Of a stretch of 64,000 bases of DNA, positions 13,190 through 26,553 are shown in pieces. A program made the translations under genes and the position numbers. The notes beneath the pieces are model-generated. The model was not told the DNA's origin and did not search any database. It saw only the letters and a program-made list of their open reading frames with translations. Source of the DNA: Eledone cirrhosa (Eukaryota); assembly GCA_964016885.1 (NCBI GenBank), contig OZ024747.1, forward strand, positions 31,372,001 to 31,436,000. The letters are read 5' to 3'. The first letter of the stretch is position 1, and each line of letters begins with the position of its first letter.

Positions 13190-15480
13190 TCTAACAGAGA
13201 AGAGCCAAACTCCCACTGTCATCGTCTCCATCTCTCTGTATTATGAACGAATAGGGCCCCTCGTGCTGACCGCCCCATGACCCTGGTGGACAGAATGGAG
13301 AAGGCATTTCCCCAGAGAATGGTAAGGGAGATGCGCTGGAAGGGCCATTCCATCTTGCGAGGCTCACACCTGCCCTAGGGCCAAGGACACCAGAAGTCTC
13401 CACTGCTAGGGGCTCGACTGCAAACCTGTCGGAGAGCGACTGATACTTGGAGAGTTTACCCTCCTCAGCCTGAAGTGCAATAGAGCCTGGATTAGTCACA
13501 GACTGCACCAGGTTGCGGCTGGACAATGTGTCGCTGCAAGTGGCATCCTAGATGTGGGGTTTACCACTGCGTAACAGGAAGATGGTCATATCGTCTGGCC
13601 TTTTGCCATCCCTTTGGTCCAGCCCCACCGGCTCAAGCTGGGAGAAAAAGACTGCAGCATCCAAGCCATGCTTTATGACCTCGTTGAGCGCAGCATGGCG
13701 TGGAATGTGGCCACCACTGTAGCAGCAGGAAAGTGGGTGGAGGCCGAAAGAGTCCACGGTGGATCCGCAATGACATTTGTGTGGCTTGCAGATCCGGAGG
13801 CCAAGCCTCAGGAAAACCCCGAGCACAGGTTAGTGTTGTCCAATTGCATGCCTGTGGAGAAGGTGCATAAGGCATGGAGCCGGGCACCGCTGTGGGAATG
13901 TGAGGCCGTGAAAGATTATTAAAGGCGGTGCTGGTCGAGCTAGTGCACTAGCCTGTCTGAGACCAGGTTGTACTGGATGGCATCCCAAATACTCTGGGGA
14001 GACTTGACGTCAGCAGAAAGAGAAGGAGGAGGGACGATTACTGGGCTAAGTTCAAGCTGGTTCCATGTCTCGCAGATGGTCTCACGTTCCTCAATCACAG
14101 TGGGTTCCATTGTGTTTAGGGGAACATAGTAGACGAAGATGCAGCATGAGGTTACCGATGAAAGAAACGCCATCAAAGCCAACAAGATCAGGGTCAGAGG
14201 CCAAGGCCACCACATCTAACAGGCAAGGTGGCCTGTTGCCATCTAATGTGAAACCTGACATTGCATATCTCCTCAGCTGCCGCTCAGATACAGGTGTCGA
14301 GGTCAGCAAGGTGAGATGCGTGGCTGTAGCACAGAGCGCTACAAAGAGTATAGAGTAGCTTAGGCATGGCGAAGCAGTTCCTCAACAGGAAGAGGGCTGG
14401 TTGGGCATCAATCAAGCCCAGTTGGTTCGTGAGGGTCTAGAGTTGCTGGAGCCTGGACCTGATGGTCGAGCGGATGGCCAGCAGGTGGATCGGTGACCTG
14501 AGGATGAGAACATCATCTTTAGGAGTCACCTGTACCTGGAGGAGAATAGACCCCATGTCCAAGACAAAGGCTGCAAAGCTCTCAGCATCGTGGTTGACAT
14601 TCACCACCTCTGACTCGGATGAGTTGACCTGGAGGCCCATTCCCGCCAGAACAGGAACCACCGATTGTAGGTTGTGGTAGACAGTCTCCATGGACCCGCC
14701 CAACGTAGTATCATCCAGGTACCAAACATTGAGAAGGGCCGTGATACTCCTAGCAATGTGGTCTATACCAAGAGCAAATAGGAGGGGGCCCAAAGGGTCA
14801 CCCTGTTGGACCCCAGTGGCTGAAGGTATGACCGTATTAGCAGTAAGGAGCATGCTCGGGGCTCCATATGACAGGTAAGCCAGCGGGTAAGCTGAGGGAG
14901 CTCGGCTGAGGCAAACCTCAAGCAGATGGTCACGACATAGGTAGTTAAAGGCATTCCTCATGTCAAGCTTGACAATGAGGTGCTTGTCGTCCCTGGATGC
15001 CGGTTGGCAGCTATTGAAGAACTGCCTGGTTGCATGTGTGGCCCCCTCACAGCCACCAGATGCGCCAACACCCAGTTGCACTGGGCTGAGCTCCTCTTTC
15101 AGTTCAGGTGTGGATCTAAGGTCGGCGGGTGGCTCAGGGTGCTTGAGCTGCAGGACAGCCAGGACCTCCTCGGTGGGTTGGAGGACAGTGTCCTCTGAGG
15201 AAACTTCTCTGACTATAGCCGAAACATCACCCAAGATTAGTTAGGCATTTACGTGGTTGAGTAAATGCTTTGCGCTGGCCTCAGGGGTGGAGGATTGAAT
15301 ACACCTGAGAGCAGAGGGGGTGGTGTCCTTCAGCACACTTGGAATGGGCACTTGCCAAAAGGACGAAACATTGGCCTTGACAAAAGCTGCTGTTGACAGG
15401 TCGCCTTGGTCAGCGCCAGAGCTGCGGAGGCCGAGGGTGAGTGGGTTAAATAAAAGAGGTGTCCCAGCCACTGGCTCAAT
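13190..15480 (-). mobile_element. Degenerate CRE-like non-LTR retrotransposon (RT plus restriction-like endonuclease)
   Basis: GC-rich island. RT motifs QLGVG, KLDMRNAFN, GVQQGDPLGPLLF, WYLDD. Zinc knuckle CHC..H...C. RLE motifs RHAALN, KRPD, DATC, E..K..KY, PLAVETSG, FQRISL..GNA. Stops, frameshifts and an internal deletion. Confidence 0.85.
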
Positions 15481-17029
15481 TAGAGTCTAGGGTCCTCTTG
15501 AGTGTTATTTAAACAATTGTGAATAAAAGTATACTAGAGTGTAGTGGCTACACCCACCTGACGAATTTGTTACCTCGTGACTTTCTTAATAATCCACATT
15601 TAAAATGAAATTTTATAGAATTATATTTGAGATTAGGAGATTTTGATGATAAAATTAATTTTTTTTTCATCATTGAGCTATATTACAGTGACTAATATTT
15701 ATTCATTAATATGACATTGGAAGGTATAATAGAAAATTTTGTTTAACCACCTACAAATACAAATCGAATGTTTTTAGGAAGCAAAAACAGTAACGAACAG
15801 TATCATATACAATATTGAAAAGTATTTTTAAACAAAATAATTTTTCATTACTTTTATCGATATATTTGTAATCTATAACAGCGAAAATGTATCCCTACAA
15901 AGTTTTACTTAAAAATAAGTATTATTAAGGATGTTCATAGAGTTACAATCATTATGTTCTGATTTCAAATCCCACCGATGTTACTGTTACTTTTCATCCT
16001 TATGGGGTCAATAAAATAAAGTAACAGTAATCCGCTGGTGTCAATTTAATTGACTTTCCCCTGTTTTACAATTGTTAGCCTTGTGCCTAAATAAAGAAAC
16101 CATTATTAAAGATATATTAAGAGAAAATAAAGCCTGGGAAGGGGTTAAAGTGAAGATATTATCAATTTTCATACTCTAGAAATTTGGTTATTTTTACATT
16201 TTTATTGCACTGTATTAGACCTGAGAAGTGTCTTTTATATCATTATCACCTAATTTCTAAGCCCCAAATCAATAATATATTGTAAGCTAACGTTGATTTT
16301 ATATAATCCAGTTTTACCTAAAAGTCTAGTCTATAGCCGCATATTTATGAAAATTAATAAACGGAAAATCAACTACGTATGAGAATTATTGTATTTTGAG
16401 ATTGAAATCCACAGGAGAGCATGATACTTCTATCGACAATATTCCTCATCATTTTGCTTTGTAAACAAGCCGACGCCACGAGAGTTATTGTTTGCACGGC
16501 ATCATTATACAATACTTACATCTGAAGAACGTTTTCATGGGTTTATTATATTACCCAAACAAAGATTTATACAAAAGTTAAAACTGATAATGCAGAAGAG
16601 TATGTGTGTATGGACTTGTAACTCCTAAGGGAGTTATAGAGGGCACTGTATTGACATACAGCATTTCTAGGACTTTGTTTTAAAACATAGGTGCAGTCCA
16701 CCTCCTCGTCCGGTCTGAATATAGCATATTTCCTCCAGAGAAGAATAGAAGTGAGAAATAGATATACAAGAAGAATCGTAACATTGACACAATAGAGTTA
16801 AATAGGAATATTATTAACTGCTCAAAAGCTTGCTGATCCCAATTTTCAATAAACAATGCTTTGAACATTAGGAAATAAGATGCCTAATCAATTATTGAAG
16901 ATGAAAATATAATTCAAAACAAATATGTAATGAAGGAAACATACCAACAAAATATACCTACATACACAGACACACATACACATATACACAAATTGCGAGG
17001 CATAGTGAAGGGAAAGAGATAGAAAGGTC

Positions 17030-18330
17030 ATTAAAAATACGGATTAATAATGAACATAGAACAAAGTTCTGCTCAACAAAGCTATCAGATTATATACTGG
17101 CTGGAAGGAACAATTAGGAAAACTTGCTGCTGATTCAACTGAATTTGAGACAAGCAAAGGGTAGTTTGCATTACCTTAAACTGGATGGAGACATAGCTAG
17201 TCTAGATAAAGAATCTGCCACAACCTTTATTGAATCTTTTGCTGATATTATCGAAGTATGGGGTTATATATACTGCACAGCAGATTTTGCTAAAGTGGTT
17301 GGCTTATTATTAAAGTGGTTGGCTTATTATGCTTGAAAGAAAAGGTTTATCAGCTGAAGAGAAAATTGTACCTAGGCTCAAAGCATCCGACAAACTAACA
17401 TTACTTGGGGAAAAGGCATAACCGGCAAGTATAGATTGAAGACGAATTTTGTAGGTGATGAAATTTTCATTCTATTTTATTACATACTGCTACATGACTG
17501 AAATATTCTAGGTTCTTTGGATGAAAATTAGGCCAGTCTTAAAAGTTTGATATAAGAGTTGACAAGTCAATTTAACCAACAGGCTGGTCAGGATCCCCAC
17601 AGTAACATGCTGGGCTGCCTTTCATTTCCCATTGGTGGATTTAATGGACTGTCCTGGCATATGTTGTGCGGATCTGATTAAGGATCCAAAAGTAGTGTGA
17701 GTCTATTCTAGAGATCAAACAATAATTGTTTCTATGTTTGGCACAAGGCCAGCAATTACTCAGTACATTACTGGTACTTTATTTTATCAACCCCGTAAGG
17801 ATGCAAGGCAAAGTTAAGCTCAGCAGGATTTGAACTCAGAATAGCAAGGGCCGTAACTCTATGCGTCAAAGCATGGCGTCCGACCCTCTACCAATACTGC
17901 CAATCCACCGTAGAGATCAAACAATAATATCAGCAAGCAAGAGGTTTTACTTGAAGAAAGCTGTTAACCTGACAATCAGAGCAACAGAATAAGAAAATGT
18001 ATCCAACCTAAAAACATTCTGGATGCATAAAATATATGGAAAGTTATCAATAATACTTGAGTCTCTTGGTATGAGATAAACCATTCAATAATGTAAGATT
18101 GCTGGAAAAATGTATGCCCAAATTGAAATTTTAATTTTAAATTTTCATGCTAACCACAAAACCATCATACGGGAGGTTGTCCAGCTTATAGATCAATTTG
18201 ATTTGCAAGTCAATATTGAAGATGTGAAGCAACTAATTGCATCTCATTCAGAGACTGTGACCAATGACACTTTAATTGACATGCAAGAGGAAAATAAAAA
18301 TGATGAAGAGAAAAATACTAATTTTTATTT
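17030..18330 (+). mobile_element. Tigger/pogo DNA transposon remnant interrupted by a SINE
   Basis: LKLDGDIASLDKESATTFIESFADIIEVWGY, SWYEI..CWKNVCP and EDVKQLIASHSETVTNDTLIDM resemble conserved Tigger transposase segments. Confidence 0.7.
17727..17910 (-). mobile_element. SINE family 1, full length, with 18-bp TSD
   Basis: TSD TAGAGATCAAACAATAAT at 17709-17726 and 17911-17928. Confidence 0.92.
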
Positions 18331-20483
18331 TTTTAATATGTATTAGAAACTAACTGCTGTTTTTACATGCTGTCAACTCATCTTAACCCTTTAGCATTTA
18401 CATTACTTTATATTTACTATTGCATTTTCACAGTAAAGGCTTTACTTAATATAATTATCTCACATAATATCGAATCAATGAGATTTTGATATTATTTATT
18501 TTGAGAACAATACCTTAACATCAGTATGAGTGGCCAGTTACAGCTGGTTTGTACAGAAAGAGGTGAGAGAATTCTGGCCGGATATGGCCAAATGCAGAAA
18601 TAATTTAACAGGATCATATAGTATCGATATACGGGGAATTGTGAGAATCGTTAAAACACAGGATATAATGCCTTGTGGTATTGTTCCGGTTCTCTGTGCA
18701 CTGAGTTCAAATCATGCCGAGGTCAACCTTGCGTATTATCCTTTTGTGATCGATAAAAATGTACCAATCTATTACAGAGTTGATTGTTTTTCTCTATATC
18801 TCTCTTTATCATGTCCTCCCTATCACTCACTCTCCTTTACTGGAAGAGATAAGCTGTATTCAGACCCAGAGAGTGATTTGGCCAAGTTTAAATTACTCAA
18901 ACGCCAGCATGTCATGAAGGTTCCAGCAAAAGTTATGGATCTATAGCTATCAATAAAAGCAGAGCATGCTACAATCACTTGCTTCAGGATCAGGGCTAAC
19001 CTGATGGGAAACAACAATCTACCTCTCTAGAAGCTAAAATTATGTATCATTCTAATTTTTTAATATACAAAACAATTCAAGAGAAGTATGGTGTTCAGCA
19101 AACTCTCAATATGTTTCTGAAGGAAATTGATTATTGATCTATATACAATACTACTGAATAATTACATCAAGAAACTAATTAAGTTTATTGTCCTTAATCT
19201 TCCTCATTCTATGTCATGGACTAAGTGCACCCATATATGGTATGGAATACCATATATGGGAACGATACCAATGATTCTGCAAGGGTCATAAGGAGTGATA
19301 CAAGAGTATATCTTGTTTTTCTTTATGGAGGAGGATCATACTTCCTTAGTGAAGCCTAGTAACTCAGATGGGAACAGAAACTGTTAATCAAAATTAAGAC
19401 AAACAGCATGATTCGATTTATGATTGCTAATTAGAAAATGAGATTTATATGAGCTCTTAATTAATATGTAATTTAATGACTCAAGTTTCGTTCTTTCCTA
19501 TATTTCTAGCTCTCAGGAAATGGAATCACCTAATTAATATGTAATTTTATGATTAAAGTTTCGGAAATTCAGCTTTCACATTCTTCTACAAGAAGATATC
19601 CACTATGAAAATAAAGGACAGCCTGTAGTCGATTAAATTGTTGAACAGAAATATGGCTAAATAAGTGACAATTTGGGCAAAGTGAAAATGTCACATTTTA
19701 TTTAAAAACAATAAATAATAGCTAAAATAATTAAATGCATAATATTTTAAGTTACATGTTAACCAAGAATACCGAACTGGTTGACGATGACGACACAATT
19801 GATATAATACCATTTACACATATCTGGATGAAAATCACATTATTTCAACATTAAGATTTTGAAATACCGGTAATTATTGTCAAATTATTGTTTTCAGCCT
19901 ATGGAGTTCGAGATGGTTGGGAGAGCTGGCAATGTGGTTCTTGTCAGAGTTGACATTTCCTTTTATCGACATATCAGGCGATGTCCATGAATGTACTTGT
20001 TTATTCTGTAGCGAATACATGCACAAAGGCTCAGTGACGTCACTTCCACCCAAATACTTAAACTGAACAGTTTAGTTACTGCTAGTTAATCAGCCTGCCA
20101 AGACCTGTTTAGTGCTTCTTCTCGTATCGCCATCAGCAACTCAGGACATTATTCTTATATATGAAGCAAGGACTTTACTTCTTCAACGTGAGTAACTGAA
20201 AGTTAATATTTGCAACACTCATGGACTTCAACATTATCTCCTACTGTCCTGCTCACATATTCTTTGTCACATATTCGGCATTAGTCATCCTTGTCATTTA
20301 ATAAATTCCTATGTTTGTTTTCAATCAAAATGCCTTCTGATTTCTTATACACCTTTTTATTTCACTGCTGACCATCTTACTACAATTCCAATGTTTTAGC
20401 TTTGCTATCACCAGCAGCAAGGCCTTGTGTGTTGGCTTGCCTATAACATTATTAAAGATAAACTCCAATGCCCTGCCATTCAC

Positions 20484-20543
<60 letters not shown>

Positions 20544-20650
20544 ATAATAATAAATTTGAAGACTAAAATCCAAAGAGGGCTCGATAAGGATAAATATATA
20601 TCAAATATATAAGAACCGTAGAGGAAATATTTATTAAAATAACAGATTAA

Positions 20651-20701
20651 AGTTTAAGCAAAGAATCGCTGCTTTCACCCTTAACAGGATCTTCTGACAC
20701 T
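20651..20701 (-). ncRNA. Hammerhead-like motif, family A (in the inverted pLTR)
   Basis: CAGAAGA-TCCT gttaa GGGT-GAAA-GCA gcgattctt TGCT-T-AAACT. Confidence 0.6.
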
Positions 20702-21080
20702 AACAAAGTCAATCTGTAAATGCAGAAGTGGATATTTCAAAAAACGTTGCAACCGGAGGAAGACGATACTTTGGTTCGTGGAAACGTTCCCTGGCAAAGA
20801 ACGGGAAAAAACGAATATAATACGTCATTAATAGGAGCGGTGAAAAACAATTACGTGCAAAGACAGTTTAGTTAACCAAGAATACCCAACTGGTTCACGA
20901 TGACGACACAATTGATATAATACCATTTATATAATACCATTTATAAATATTTGCTCTACGGTTCTTAAATATGTGATATATATTTATCCTTATCGAACCC
21001 TCTTTGGATTTTAGTCTTCAAATTTATTATTATTACTATTTGGCTCCCTCGGTTGAGCACTCTATTGACTTATATTCATC

Positions 21081-23200
21081 ATGCAGAAACAACATCTGAA
21101 TATTTCTACAAAGAACATACCCGTACCAAGCAGGAAAACATACCTAAAACTCCTGATACAGAAAACAGACGCGTTCATTAAAAAGTTGCGTTGGCGTGGC
21201 TTTTATTTTGATAATCCGCGAAAAGCTGACAACAAACAGGATAAATTTGGGTTTAAAACCTATAATAACCCTCCGTGTAACCCAGCATTGCTACCCTTTG
21301 AAAATGATGTCTTGGAACTCATACGGAGTATCAAATTTCGGAATAGGAGCAATTCCTTCCTGAAGAATAGAATTCGTTCTATAAGGATTCTAATGCCGTG
21401 CACGTCTATTCCGACAAAACTGGCAACCTATATCAAGTGGAGCGCAGTACTTACCATCAACTATTACATAATGCTGTAACTAAGGATTACTGTAAAACTA
21501 ATCGGTGTGTCATCAATTAAATCAATGATGCTGGGTTTAAAATCACCTCTGATCTCAACATCCTGGACCGGACCGAACCTCTGGACCCTATTTCTCCCCA
21601 CTTTACCCTGAAGGATCACAAATTCAATTTTCCGAACAACCCCTCTATTCGGCTTATTAACCCTATGAAGTCCAATTTAGGTAGACTTAGTAAAAGGATT
21701 CTTGATAGAATTATACCTGAAATTAGAAGTTTGGCCCCTCTTGCACTGTGGAACAATTCTTTCGCGGTGATTGATTGGTTCAACGGCATATGCAACAAGG
21801 AACATTGGGGTTTTATCAAATTCGACATCAATAATTACTACTCCTCCATCACTTTACCACTTCTCCTTAGAGCTATCAATTTCACTAAAACACTCACAGT
21901 GGTTAAGGATTTCGAAGTTGATGTCATCCTCAATGCCCGTAAGTTGGTGATTAATTTCGACGACTCTATTTGGATTAAAAAATCCAATAGTACCCCATTC
22001 GACATGAGTATGGGCGCCAGCGATTCTGCGGAGGTTGCTGATCTTATCGGCATTTTCCTTCTTTTCTCTATCAAGGACGAATTCCCCAACGCGGGCGGTT
22101 GTTTGTACCGTGATGATGGTCTTTTGACCATGACTAAGTGCGGCCCTCGTGCTTGCGACAGGTTCAGAAAAGAACTCACAGCCTTCTTTAAAGGCTTCAA
22201 CCTCTCTATACAGGTTGAGGTCAACCTCCCGGTCATTAATTACCTCAACGTTACCCTCAATTTATCGAATGGCTTGTATTACCCGTAGAGAAAGCTGAAT
22301 GATACGCTTAATTACATAAATAAGCATTCTAACCATCCTGCCAGCATAACCAAGAACCTGGTAAGAGACGTTTCGTTGAGGCTTTCCCGTCTATCTACTA
22401 ACGAGCATATTTTCAATGACCATTCCACATATTACAATGAAGCTCTTGCTTGGAATGGATTTGTCGATAAGGTAGCATATACAGAGTACGAGAAAAGACC
22501 TAGAAGAAATAGATCCCGTCGGATTATATGGTATAACCCACCATATAATATGGAGGTGGCCACACCATTAGCTAAGATCTTTCTATCCCTTATTACGAAG
22601 CATTTTCCCCCTACACATAAATATAGTAAAATTTTTAATAGAAATACTATTAAAATTTCTTACTCTACGACTCCTAACCTTGCACATAACATCACAGCTT
22701 CAAATTTAGCTAAACTACCTAGCCGTAGGAACACGTGCAACCCTGTAGTTAGTACTAACTGTAATTGTAGGAATCGGGTTGATTGCCCCCTATCCGGGAA
22801 ATGCCTCTCTAGTAACATTGTCTACAAATGTAAGGTTGAAACACCCACGTCCCGTAGGGCCTACATAGGGTTAACGACCAATAGATTCAAGCAGTGTCTT
22901 TACATGCATACCCATTCTTTTCGTTACCCTCTAAGAAGGAATATGATGTCACTTTCAGCTTATATCTGGAGTCTAAAAGACAACCACACCCAATATAAGT
23001 TACACTGGGAGATCCTAGCTAGGGCTAGATCGTATAACGGAAATAAAAGACCATGTGACCTCTGCACTACTGAGGCCCTGGAAATACTCTACGCCACAGA
23101 CCACATCTTAAACAAAAAATCTGAGGCAATTTCGGCTTGTAAACATAAATTGCACAAAACTTTCCTGTATTACAGCCCCACATTATACCCTAACGGATAG
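21081..23200 (+). pseudogene. Penelope RT plus GIY-YIG endonuclease ORF (frameshift and stops)
   Basis: KFDINNYYSSI, MGASDSAEVADLIG, LYRDDGL, YLNVTLNL, SNHP, IIWYNPPY, CNC..CPLSGKC, IVYKC..YIGLT, CDLC..E. Confidence 0.92.
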
Positions 23201-24133
23201 TACGATCTATACATGGATATTTTACGTCTTGATGTGGTAGCTAAGTATATGTTATGTTTATACCATTACTTATTTGCATAGGTAAGTATATATTACCTGT
23301 ATGTTTTGTGAAGGTACGTATACTTTCTCGTACATATATTTGATTGTATATGTTATGGCGTATATTTTTATATATTCTGGTACATTTATCTTTTGGTTAT
23401 GTGTATATGTGAGTTTTGCGTCTGTGTGAGTATGCGGGTTCGTACATATGTTGGGTGTGTGTATGTGTACTTCATGTTTTGGTTGACGGTCGTCTCCAAA
23501 CATCTGTGTATTTACATGTAGGTAGGTGTGTGCGCTTGTTATATACGTATTTATTTATATACATTTATTTAATTACTTATTTATATGTATACACGCACAC
23601 ACACACATATTTATATGTGCGTGGTTTTGTATACCTATGGCAAGTGTTTTCGCGTATGCTTGTGTATGTATGTATTTGGATGCGTGTATGTATTTATTTA
23701 ATTTCAACTACCTCTGTATTGTATTTTATTTACTTTATTCTTAACTCTGAAGCGGAGAATCATTTGGTCTCCTAGTTAGAATTTTAGTCTACGACTTCTG
23801 CTATACCATTTACGTGGTTTGGTCTTTGCGTGCAATTGTTCTCCACACTCCACATATGACGTATTATCTTCGTTTTTTCCGTTCGTTGCCAGAGAACGTC
23901 TCTATGAACCACCTAAGAGAACATTAGCCTTCGACTTCTTTTATACTATAAAAGTGGTTCTGTCTTTGCGCGTAATTGTTTTTCACCACTCCTATTAATG
24001 ACGTATTATATTCGTTTTTTTCCCTTTCTTTGCCAGGGAACGTTTCCACGAACCAAAGTATTGTCTTCCTGTCTTCCTCCGGTTGCAACGTTTTTTGAAA
24101 TATCCAGTTCTGCGTTTACAGATTGACTTTGTT

Positions 24134-24184
24134 AGTTTCAGAAGATCCCGTTAAGGGTGAAAGCGGCGATTCTTTGCTTAAACT
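24134..24184 (+). ncRNA. Hammerhead-like motif, family A (in the 3' pLTR)
   Basis: Stem I AGTTT/AAACT, core CAGAAGA, stem II CCC/GGG, GAAA, stem III AGCG/TGCT, CUU cleavage triplet. Confidence 0.7.
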
Positions 24185-24330
24185 TTAATCTGTTATTTTA
24201 ATTAATAAATATATATATACATATATATATATATTAAAGAGTAAAACAAGATTTAATGAGTATATCAAAGAATGAGTTTTACAGTAGATTGGGAACACTC
24301 TACAGAAAAATAATTTTCCAAAGTTATTAA

Positions 24331-24524
24331 TATTAAAATACAAATATTAATAAAATAGATGTTCTTTTGATCAATTAAATTTTATTATACATATTTCGGA
24401 GGTACAACAGTACATATCATTATATTTTGTCTGATGAGGACGTACTGTTGTACCTCCGAAATATGTATAATACAATTTAATTGATCAAAAGAACATCTAT
24501 TTTATTAATATTTGTATTTTAATA
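24331..24524. repeat. 83-bp-arm inverted repeat
   Basis: 24331-24413 is the reverse complement of 24442-24524 with one mismatch. Confidence 0.92.
24424..24476 (+). ncRNA. Type-I hammerhead motif, family C
   Basis: TTTGT-CTGATGA-GGA cGTACtgttGTACc TCC-GAA-ATATGTAT-A-ATA. Confidence 0.65.
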
Positions 24525-25299
24525 TATATATATATATATAGGAAAAGAGTCAGGACCTCAACGGCTGAGCTCCAGCCATTTCGACTGCTGGATCTGAACT
24601 AACCCAGTAGTGTTAGGACAGCAGTAATCTAGCTGAATTTATCAAGGGGTACAGTCCATATATGGGCATGTAATGAAAACACACCAGTAGTGTCACATCA
24701 AACAAACCTAAAAATTGCTGTTTTTCTTTTCTGTCACAGGGAATGGTCAAAGATGTTGTGATGTCCTATACATAGTAAAATTCCTTCATAGTGTGTGTGT
24801 GTGGGGGGGGGGGGGGCTGTACTTGCCTGTAGAACAAAAGGGAGGGAGTAAGATGACAATCTGAGCTGTGGATGCCAGGCTAGTCATGTGTTAAGAGAGA
24901 ATCCTTTACAGCTATCTCTAAAGGGTGTAAGAACCCATGAGAAACAAGGAATATTGTAGAGTATGCCAGATCTAACACGGCTAAAGAGCAAAGCAAATAT
25001 AATTTAATACTAATTAAATTCCTAATTAATAAAATCTAGTTATTAGTTACTCTAATACACTAGAACAGCACCTCAATGTAGTAATTTATTAATATTATCT
25101 TCCATAATGATACACCCCCGCCACACAAAAAATAAACGCTGGCTATGTGTTCGACCAGTACTATGTATATTTAACAGGAATGAAAATATTTGGGTTAACC
25201 TAAGGAAGAATGGAAACTGAATATAATAGTGTAGGTAAGCAATGATTCACCTAAGTGTAATTAGAGTGAGTAATTAATGAAGAAAAAAGAAAATAAGAG

Positions 25300-25625
25300 A
25301 AGAAAAAATTTCGACTTCTAAAAGTATGCTTGGGATTTCCTCTATTTTAGTTTGTAAATAGGAAAAAGATACAGCTGAGGTCTTCCCACCTGGGTCGTGA
25401 GGGGGTTTGACGGTAAGATATGACCTATGTATTCTGTGTTTACACGAGGTAACAAGTTCATCCTTTTTTTTAACAGTTGGTCCTTTGCAAACAGCATGTG
25501 GCTCGTTTCCTCTGAGCATAAATTGCACGGACGGTGTCCTCCCAAGTAAGATTTTGCATTGGGAAGTATGCTCCAACTTAGATGGTAGGTAATATTGTTG
25601 TCTTGGAGGTCCCACATATGACCAC
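25300..25625 (-). mobile_element. PLE fragment (GIY-YIG C-terminus)
   Basis: WDLQDNNITYHLSWSIL..AKSY....PCNLCSEE is homologous to the end of ORF 22376-23200. Confidence 0.8.
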
Positions 25626-25754
25626 TTTATTTCATATTGAGTAATGTGAAATAAAGTGTCTTGCTGAAGGACATAATGCATTACCTTTTCCAGAAATCAA
25701 ATTCACAATCTTATTATTTATGTAGCCAACACTCTAACCATTAAGCAATATATA

Positions 25755-26392
25755 CATCATCATCATCATCGTTTAACGTCCATCTTCCATGCTAGCATGG
25801 GTTAGACGGTTTTGTTCCATTTGATGCGGGAATAGTTGGGAAACTGTCTCTCGCTCATTCAGAAGTGTCTCTGGCAGGTTTTTTACAGCTGGATGCCCTA
25901 ACACCAACTACATTTACAGTGTGGACTGGGAGACTTTTTACTGTGTCTCCTACATGACCACCTTACAGTGTGGACTGTTGTGTCATCGACACAGTGGGTG
26001 GAACGGGAGAGGGAAGATGGGGTAGAGTGTGCGGGGTGGGGTGTACGTTGGGTTAAGAGGTGCCTACTGACTATAGATTTGTATGCAATGGCAGTCGGAT
26101 CTTCTGTACAACTGCATGGGGCCAAAGATCTTGATCCAGTGTCATTGTCTTAGAGAGGTGTAAGTGAGCAAGGTCAGTTTTTATCACTTCGTCCCATGTT
26201 TTCTTTGTCTACCCACTTCCATCAATTTTCATTGCCCTGCACTTTTTTATACAGCTGTCATCCTTCATACATAATATATATAAATATGAGTGAGACACGG
26301 TCACCCGACCAATCTTGCCTCAAGTGGGACAACTCCCGTCTAACCCATGCTAGCTTGGAAGATAGACGTTAAATGATGATGATGATGATGAT
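25755..26392. mobile_element. RTE 3' fragments: minus-strand piece (25755-26270) and plus-strand tail (26295-26392)
   Basis: Match the 3' UTR and ORF end of the RTE copies. Both end in (GAT)n. Confidence 0.8.
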
Positions 26393-26507
26393 TACATCTA
26401 CATAAAACTTTTGAAAATATGAAACTCTAAATTATAGTTTTTAGCCTATATATATTAATTGAACAGTTTAAGTTGTAATATGACTAATAATTTTATTTTA
26501 GTCTATT

Positions 26508-26553
<46 letters not shown>

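Larger units (their letters stand above)
20540..24210 (+). mobile_element. Penelope-like retroelement, family 1, near full length, with an inverted 5' pLTR
   Basis: Broken ORF at 21081-23200. 3' pLTR at about 23740-24210, inverted pLTR copy at 20540-20866. Both ends lie in (TA)n. Confidence 0.93.

Noticed and set aside
19900-20450. Possible old LINE fragment on the minus strand (SEIKRCIRNQKAF)
   Set aside because: A single weak motif is not enough to call.
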